A stretch of 61,949 nt of DNA, the filler included. It is 8 parts of 8 records of this genome, joined end to end, with 100 filler letters (N's around TTAATTAATTAA, not from the genome) between each part and the next. Parts side by side here need not be neighbours in the genome. Positions count along the whole stretch, not along the records: positions 55,846 to 61,949 come from SRR31156797_39651; 7 more parts are not named here. One strand, given 5' to 3'. Positions 56,190 to 61,949 of this stretch are shown here, piece by piece (the first letter of the stretch is position 1; every line of letters starts with the position of its first letter). Both the position numbers and the translations under genes were made by a program. The notes under the pieces are model-generated. The model was not told the origin of the DNA and did no database searches. It saw only the letters and a list, made by a program, of their open reading frames with translations.

Positions 56190-57503
56190 ATGAGTGCAAC
56201 AAGCGAGTTTTTACAGCTGATGAAAGACAACAAGGCCGGGAAAGGGACGGGGCTTTATTCCGTATGCTCCGCCCATCCCGCCGTTATCAAGGCCTGCATG
56301 CTTCAGGCGAAGGCGGACGGTTCCATCGTCCTTATCGAATCCACAAGCAACCAGGTGGACCAGTTCGGCGGCTACACCGGCATGGTTCCCGAGCAGTTCG
56401 TGTCCTATGTCAAGGACATCGCCGCCGAAGTGGACTTCCCCTTTGGGAAGGTCCTCCTGGGGGGCGATCATCTGGGACCCAATGCCTGGCAGAAGGAAAA
56501 CTCAGCCGATGCCATGGCCAAGGCCCGGGATCTGATCGCCGCCTACGTTAAAGCGGGCTACAAGAAGATCCATCTGGACGCCTCCATGTTCTGCGCCGAT
56601 GACGAAGGCGACCGTCACAAGCCCCTGGCCGACGAGATCGTCTCCAGCCGGGCGGCCGAGCTCTGCGAGGTCGCGGAGAAGACCTTCGCCGAAGCCTTCG
56701 GCGGAGAGAGCGACATCATCTATATCATCGGAACCGAGGTTCCCATTCCCGGAGGAGCCCAGGAGGAAGAGGACACCGTGACCCCCACCTCCGCCGCGGA
56801 CGCCTCTAATACCATGGCCGTAACCAAGGCCGCCTTCGATGCCAGAGGGCTCCAGCCCGCATGGTCCCGTGTTATAGGATTGGTCGTACAGCCCGGCGTT
56901 GAGTTCGGTGACGATCAGGTCTTCCACTACGACAGCAAGGCCGCCACCGACCTGTCCGCCATGATCGAGAAGGACGATCAGTTCGTATACGAGGCCCACT
57001 CCACCGACTATCAGAGCGAGACGGGCCTTTCGAAGCTTGTACGGGATCACTACTGCATCCTCAAGGTAGGCCCCTGGCTTACCTTCGCCTACAGAGAGGC
57101 CCTCTTCGCCATGGAGGATATGGAGCAGGAGCTGCTTTCCGGATCGGGAGCCGAGCTTTCCGGTCTCAGAGCGACCCTGGAGAAGGTGATGATGGGCAAT
57201 CCCGGCTACTGGCAGAAGTATTACCCCGGCAGCGAGGCGGAGCAGGCCTTCAAGAGGAAGTACAGCTTCAGCGACCGCAGCCGCTACTACTGGCCCGACA
57301 AGGCCCTGACGGCAAGCGTGGAGCGCCTGAAGAAGAACCTGGACGGCAAGGGGCTCTCCCTGAGCCTTCTCAGCCAGTACATGCCCAACCAGTACAACGC
57401 CGTTCAGGAAGGGAAGATCGAACTGAGGGCCGAGGATCTGATCCTCGACCGTATCCGCGACGTGGCCGGGATCTACGCCCGGGCCTGCGGCTTCGGAAAG
57501 TGA
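56190..57503 (+). CDS. kbaZ: GatZ/KbaZ-family protein (tagatose-6-phosphate pathway)
   Basis: SVCSAHP, ESTSNQV.QFGGYTG, GGDHLGPN, IGTEVPIPGG, EAHSTDYQ and SDRSRYYW. Confidence 0.93.
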   Translation: MSATSEFLQLMKDNKAGKGTGLYSVCSAHPAVIKACMLQAKADGSIVLIESTSNQVDQFGGYTGMVPEQFVSYVKDIAAEVDFPFGKVLLGGDHLGPNAWQKENSADAMAKARDLIAAYVKAGYKKIHLDASMFCADDEGDRHKPLADEIVSSRAAELCEVAEKTFAEAFGGESDIIYIIGTEVPIPGGAQEEEDTVTPTSAADASNTMAVTKAAFDARGLQPAWSRVIGLVVQPGVEFGDDQVFHYDSKAATDLSAMIEKDDQFVYEAHSTDYQSETGLSKLVRDHYCILKVGPWLTFAYREALFAMEDMEQELLSGSGAELSGLRATLEKVMMGNPGYWQKYYPGSEAEQAFKRKYSFSDRSRYYWPDKALTASVERLKKNLDGKGLSLSLLSQYMPNQYNAVQEGKIELRAEDLILDRIRDVAGIYARACGFGK

Positions 57504-57527
57504 GATAAGCCCGATAAGCTAAGATAT

Positions 57528-57550
57528 GGCCCCGGCGTGCCGGGGCTTTT
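57528..57550 (+). terminator. Intrinsic terminator
   Basis: GCCCCGGC-GT-GCCGGGGC-TTTT. Confidence 0.7.
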
Positions 57551-57560
57551 CGCTGTTTTA

Positions 57561-57980
57561 TCAGGGAGACGAATAAAGGGTTACCGAGCCTTCCGAAGCG
57601 TCGGGAGCGTTGGTGTAGGTGATATAAAGGGTGAGAGACTTGCTTCCCTCTCCTTCGGATACGTAAAAGGTCCCTATGGAGGTGTAGTTGCAGGAGACCC
57701 ATCCGTAATCATAGTAGGAAGTGGTGGTAACGGTCAGGCTGCTTGCCCCTGTCTTTTCTACCTCTCCTTTGTCTGAATTCTCCCAGCTTCCGTATACCAT
57801 GGTTTCGGCCTTGTAGCTGGTGTCGGTGATTTTGACCTTCACATCGTCTCCGGTCATCCACTCGCCGTACCAGGTCCCCGCATAGTCTTCATCCATCGAT
57901 TCGCCGTCGTCGCTACTGCAGGCCGCAAGAAAAAGAACAAGGAGCAGAGACAACAGAGTAAGCAGTGCTTTTGTCTTCAT
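57561..57980 (-). CDS. Hypothetical lipoprotein
   Basis: LAAC lipobox, YAGTW motif and AAGGAG RBS. Confidence 0.75.
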   Translation of the reverse strand: MKTKALLTLLSLLLVLFLAACSSDDGESMDEDYAGTWYGEWMTGDDVKVKITDTSYKAETMVYGSWENSDKGEVEKTGASSLTVTTTSYYDYGWVSCNYTSIGTFYVSEGEGSKSLTLYITYTNAPDASEGSVTLYSSP

Positions 57981-58163
57981 AACAGACTCCTTCCGTATTA
58001 GTTTCCTATTTTATAAGTTTAAGGTCAGACAAGTCTTTTATCAATCACAGGCTGCCGTATTTCATCAAGGCAGCCCGGCGCTTATGGATGAGAGGGGCAG
58101 AGGGGAAACTGCTGGTAAGCCGGGGGGATAGGGATTAGAATTATCAATAGCAAAACCGAAGGA

Positions 58164-58697
58164 GTGTTTCCCATGACAGAACTGCAGCCGGAAGAGTACA
58201 GCGCTAAGAAGCTGAAGGCCATTCTGCCCTTCCGTTTTCTGTCGGAGGAGAGGGCGGAGGATCTTCTGGACCTTTCCAATGTGCTTCGTTTCAGGGACGG
58301 GGATACGATTATCCGCCAGGGCGACGTGAACCAGTCCTTTTATGCGATTCTAAACGGAAATGTTTCCGTGTTGGTCGACAGGAGCGACTGCGATGACAAG
58401 AGCTTTATCAGCACGCTGGGCGAAGGGGAGATCTTCGGTGAGGCCGGTATGTTTCTCAAGGTCCCCCGGACAGCCAATGTCGTCGCTTCCGGCGAAGCCG
58501 ATCTGGTGACCGTCTCCCGGAAGAACCTCCTCCGCTTTATCAAATACTATCCAGAGGATGGGAACAAAGTCCTTATGATGATCATCTTCAGCCTGCTCAG
58601 GAAGCTCAAGGCCTCCAACCAGGAGCTGGCCTTCGAGCGCCGACTGGACAGCAGCCAGGACGATATCGATATGCTGGTGAAGGACATGCTGGGCTGA
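58164..58697 (+). CDS. Stand-alone cyclic-nucleotide-binding domain protein
   Basis: IIRQGD, GEIFGE and PRTANVVA; no HTH. Confidence 0.88.
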   Translation: MFPMTELQPEEYSAKKLKAILPFRFLSEERAEDLLDLSNVLRFRDGDTIIRQGDVNQSFYAILNGNVSVLVDRSDCDDKSFISTLGEGEIFGEAGMFLKVPRTANVVASGEADLVTVSRKNLLRFIKYYPEDGNKVLMMIIFSLLRKLKASNQELAFERRLDSSQDDIDMLVKDMLG

Positions 58698-58812
58698 CCG
58701 GGATGGCGGCCCCCCCCCCTTCCTCCCTTGCCAGAAAACTGAAAATGTTGTTTATTATAGGGCAAGCCTGACCTCATTGACCTTTCTTCACAATTCCTGA
58801 CTGGAGAACCAT

Positions 58813-59592
58813 ATGAAATGCTTTCTTTCTTTTCTCATCCTCGTGTCGCTGCTGTCCTGTTCCGATTCGGGAGGCTCCTCTTCTGACGATTATGAGGGAA
58901 CCTGGTATTCCATGGGCAGCTATCAGGTCATTAGGGACGACACTGTTGCTGTTCATACCTATGAGCAGAGGGAAAGCGCTTATGTCCCCGATATGAAGGG
59001 CACGGTGGAGTCTCTCGGCGATGATCGCTATAAGGTCGTAATGACCGAGTACTATGACGATGATTCGGGTAGCTGGACCACCCTCAGCGCTAGTGGTTAT
59101 TCACGTACCGTCAGGATGGAAGAGCTTGAGGAAGACGGCGTGACCTGGCTCAAGTCCTATGATGAGGACAACAAGCTTTTCAACATCGCCTGCGATGACA
59201 GCTCTGTCTACAGCTATGGAGAGACCTATGCCGGCAAATGGTGGTGTGATGCTGTCGAATATGTCAGCAGCGAAGACAATGGCGTTATTCTGTGGCTCAG
59301 CGACCAAGAGTTTGAGTTTACCCGTGATGACCAGAAGGCCCATGGCGCGGATGCGGAGTTTCCCCTGATCGAGAAGGGGACCGTTACCAAGATGGACGCC
59401 GATACCATAAGGTTGGACGTGGTCTATGAAAACGACGGCTCCGGATTCAAGAAGGCGGGCTACGCAAAGTTCTATAGCTTTGACTTCGCCAGATCCGGCG
59501 AAGATCTCGACCTGACCAGTAACGTCGACCGCAGCTTCGGGGATGCGTCGTTCAGTAGCGGTGTGCGTTGCGACTTTATCGATACGGAGTAA
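58813..59592 (+). CDS. Hypothetical lipoprotein with two repeated domains
   Basis: LLSC lipobox; YEGTW...KGTVE and YAGKW...KGTVT. Confidence 0.72.
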   Translation: MKCFLSFLILVSLLSCSDSGGSSSDDYEGTWYSMGSYQVIRDDTVAVHTYEQRESAYVPDMKGTVESLGDDRYKVVMTEYYDDDSGSWTTLSASGYSRTVRMEELEEDGVTWLKSYDEDNKLFNIACDDSSVYSYGETYAGKWWCDAVEYVSSEDNGVILWLSDQEFEFTRDDQKAHGADAEFPLIEKGTVTKMDADTIRLDVVYENDGSGFKKAGYAKFYSFDFARSGEDLDLTSNVDRSFGDASFSSGVRCDFIDTE

Positions 59593-59616
59593 GCCGGCGC
59601 CGGTCCAGACAGGCGT

Positions 59617-60126
59617 TTAATCGGGGATGTCGTCGCTGACGGGACCGCTGGGCGTAAAGGTCGTGCCGTCGATAACAAGATCGCTTCCCGACAAACCGTA
59701 TGTGAACTCGGCGTCAAGAACCATCTTGGAATAGTGGAGGTATTCATCTGTGCCGATGTATCTTTCGATGTAGTCGACCTCTCTGAACCGCCCTTCGTCG
59801 TTATTGGGATAGATGTACGCGGGATCGGACCAGGCGTCCCTGAAAATGAAGACCTCGTAGGTTTTCAGATAGAGGCTTGTGTCCGACTTCCTTTCGACAA
59901 ATCCCCTGTAGCCGTGATAGTATTCGTTGTTTGTATGGGAGTACCTGATGGAAACGATGAAGGTTTTGTCTGTCAGCTCAATAATCTCTTCTGTTCCGTA
60001 GATACCGCCTGTATCGGCGTGCCAGCTGCCGGCGAAGTTTTCGTCCTCGTCCGGTCCGGTCGGACCGAAGCAGGAAGAGAGGAACAGGATCGTGAACAGA
60101 GAATAAATCCATACCCTTCCTTTCAT
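59617..60126 (-). CDS. Hypothetical lipoprotein
   Basis: GGAG RBS, MKGR..LSSC lipobox and FAGSW...RGFVE. Confidence 0.72.
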   Translation of the reverse strand: MKGRVWIYSLFTILFLSSCFGPTGPDEDENFAGSWHADTGGIYGTEEIIELTDKTFIVSIRYSHTNNEYYHGYRGFVERKSDTSLYLKTYEVFIFRDAWSDPAYIYPNNDEGRFREVDYIERYIGTDEYLHYSKMVLDAEFTYGLSGSDLVIDGTTFTPSGPVSDDIPD

Positions 60127-60338
60127 AACTCCCTCCCGGTCCTGACTGTCATCAGTAATTATAATACATGGGATTCGGGGGCTGCCAATGAAGAGGGGAT
60201 AAAATCTCCGCCGGGCAGGAAGGATCAACTGTTCCGGCGGAGATAACCGGGAATCGAAACCGGAGATCTACATTCTGCTCCCGAATACCCGATCTGGCAA
60301 GTCCCAATTGTCAAAAAAAAATGAAATCGCCTTCAATA

Positions 60339-61505
60339 TCAGGGAATGACCAGTCCCTTCAGATAATCCGGGGCGTTCATCTTTTTCAGTGTTTCCAGAA
60401 GCCCGTACAGATCCGTTTTGTGGGTGAACATGCGACTCAGCCCCAGTTCCCTGTGGCGTTCCAGTATCCCGAAGGCCTTGTTGAAGGCGGCGGGATGGTT
60501 GGCGCTCATACCCAGGATGCGGGCGTGTTTGCTGCAGACCAGCCGGGCGGGATCGAAGGAGACCTCCCTTCCCTGGTTGACCATGTTGCCCACCTCGATG
60601 AAGGTTCCCAGGCGCCTCATCATCTCCAGGCCGTCCACAAAGGTGTCCACGTTGTTGGAGCACTGGATCACCACGTCCGCTCCTCCTCCCGTGAGATCCC
60701 TGACCATTTCGATCCTCTCCTGACGGGAGTGCCGGTGGTAATCAATCAGATGATCCGTCTTCGCGATCTCTCCGGTCAGGCGGAGACGGGTCTCCCTGCT
60801 GCCGATCATAATCACCTGGCGGGCTCCCATCAGGCGGGCCAGAAGGGCCGAGAGAACGCCCACCTGTCCCGAGCCGATAACCGCCACCCGTGAGTCGGTC
60901 GTCAGTCCCGCTTCCATGATGCCGGGGCCCGTCAGCGTCATCTCCAGCGCCCTCATGGCTACGGCCATGGGATCCAGCAGGGCCGCCACGTCGGGGGGCA
61001 TGTCATCCGGCACCTTCCACACATAGGTCTCGGGGAATACATAGCAGTATTCGGCGAATCCGCCCATAAAGTAGGGCCAGTTCGAGATATCGGAACTGAT
61101 GGTCTCTTTCCCCTCCAGCCCCAGTTTGGAGTAGGGGACGCCGTAGACGAAGGAGTTGTCGCAGACCGTGCAGGTTCCCGGACGGCTGGACAGACAGCCC
61201 TGGCATTTGCCGCAGGTAATCCAGGGATAGAGGACGATGCGGTCCCCTTCCTTCAGCGGACCGCCGAAGATATTCAGCGATTGGTTGGCCTTGTCCCCCA
61301 TGGAGACGATCCTGCCGGTCACCTCATGGCACATGATGGCGGGGTAGGGGGGATCGTCCTGGATCAGGTGCCCGTCGGTGCCGCAGATTCCCGCGGCCTC
61401 CACCTCCAGAAGGAGGCCGTCCTCCCTCACATCGGGTACGGGCAGTTCCCTTATTTCAATATCGTAGCGGCCCTTCCAGACCGCCGCTCTTCCTGTTCGG
61501 CTCAT
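60339..61505 (-). CDS. Zn-dependent alcohol dehydrogenase (MDR family)
   Basis: GICGTD, CHE, CGKCQGC..C and GSGQVG; start at MSRTG, after AGGAG. Confidence 0.9.
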   Translation of the reverse strand: MSRTGRAAVWKGRYDIEIRELPVPDVREDGLLLEVEAAGICGTDGHLIQDDPPYPAIMCHEVTGRIVSMGDKANQSLNIFGGPLKEGDRIVLYPWITCGKCQGCLSSRPGTCTVCDNSFVYGVPYSKLGLEGKETISSDISNWPYFMGGFAEYCYVFPETYVWKVPDDMPPDVAALLDPMAVAMRALEMTLTGPGIMEAGLTTDSRVAVIGSGQVGVLSALLARLMGARQVIMIGSRETRLRLTGEIAKTDHLIDYHRHSRQERIEMVRDLTGGGADVVIQCSNNVDTFVDGLEMMRRLGTFIEVGNMVNQGREVSFDPARLVCSKHARILGMSANHPAAFNKAFGILERHRELGLSRMFTHKTDLYGLLETLKKMNAPDYLKGLVIP

Positions 61506-61592
61506 GTGTATGCTCCTGTGTTTTAGAATACCCGATTTCATTATCGGGTCCACAGGAGCGGGCTGTCAAACGATTTCCTTCCCTCGGAGGGA

Positions 61593-61949
61593 TCAGAGCT
61601 GTTTTACAGCCAATACGGCATTCTGGCCTCCGAAGCCGAAGGAGTTGGTCAGGGCCGCCTTAACCGGCAGCTCTCTGGCCGTTCCCGGGATGGTGTCCAG
61701 GGGGCAGTCGGGATCCGGATTGTCCTGGTTGATGGTGGGAGGCAGGACTCCCTTGTGAACGGCCAGGACGGTGGCGGCGGCTTCTATGGCCCCCGCGGCT
61801 CCCAGGGTATGGCCGATCATGGATTTGCTGGAGCTGACGGGCAGGGAGGCGCTGCGCTCGCCGAACACCCTCTGGATGGCCCGGGTTTCGGTGCGGTCGT
61901 TGGCCTGTGTGGAGGTCCCGTGGGCGTTGATATAGCCGATGTCTTCAGG
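61593..61949 (-). CDS. fabF: Beta-ketoacyl-ACP synthase II, C-terminal part
   Basis: [20 protein letters not shown] and NSFGFGGQN. Confidence 0.9.
   Translation of the reverse strand, partial: PEDIGYINAHGTSTQANDRTETRAIQRVFGERSASLPVSSSKSMIGHTLGAAGAIEAAATVLAVHKGVLPPTINQDNPDPDCPLDTIPGTARELPVKAALTNSFGFGGQNAVLAVKQL

Overview
This window is not one locus. It is eight unrelated contigs joined by identical 100-nt linkers (N44-TTAATTAATTAA-N44), so no gene neighbourhood is valid across a linker. Taxonomic labels are inferred from gene content and style. (1) 1-8789, Methanosarcinaceae-like archaeon: G3E-type GTPase and orphan ABC ATPase, DUF1059, an intact hgcA-hgcB mercury-methylation pair, an RNA-chaperone cluster (TRAM, aIF-1A with an apparent CTG start, DEAD-box helicase), Rieske protein, pilin and methyltransferase. 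(2) 8890-17023, Bacteroidota: two paralogous beta-helix proteins and an EYFxDxDPG-repeat/LamG/PKD protein, divergent from a TPR-TM-AraC regulator whose two flanking promoters share a motif. (3) 17124-22817, Desulfobacterales-like: two-component system, group 3b [NiFe]-hydrogenase operon and a MITE-like element. (4) 22918-34195, deltaproteobacterial acyl-CoA uptake and beta-oxidation cluster. (5) 34296-41623, Enterococcus: autolysin, ytqA/ytqB, metK with an SMK-box riboswitch, and a partial tRNA. (6) 41724-50280, Desulfobulbaceae-like: PhoX followed by a three-CxxCH/TolB-propeller protein, an IS1634-like relic, ppx, and an AAA ATPase with one in-frame stop. (7) 50381-55745, methanogen: ArsR-type regulator, an unannotated 50-aa Cys-rich protein, an NrtS-like protein, DUF1638, DUF2115 with an apparent ACG start, a truncated casposase and a YcaQ-like protein. 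(8) 55846-61949, Spirochaetaceae-like: tagatose pathway, three related lipoproteins, a Zn-dependent dehydrogenase and fabF. All family calls come from motif recognition, not database searches.
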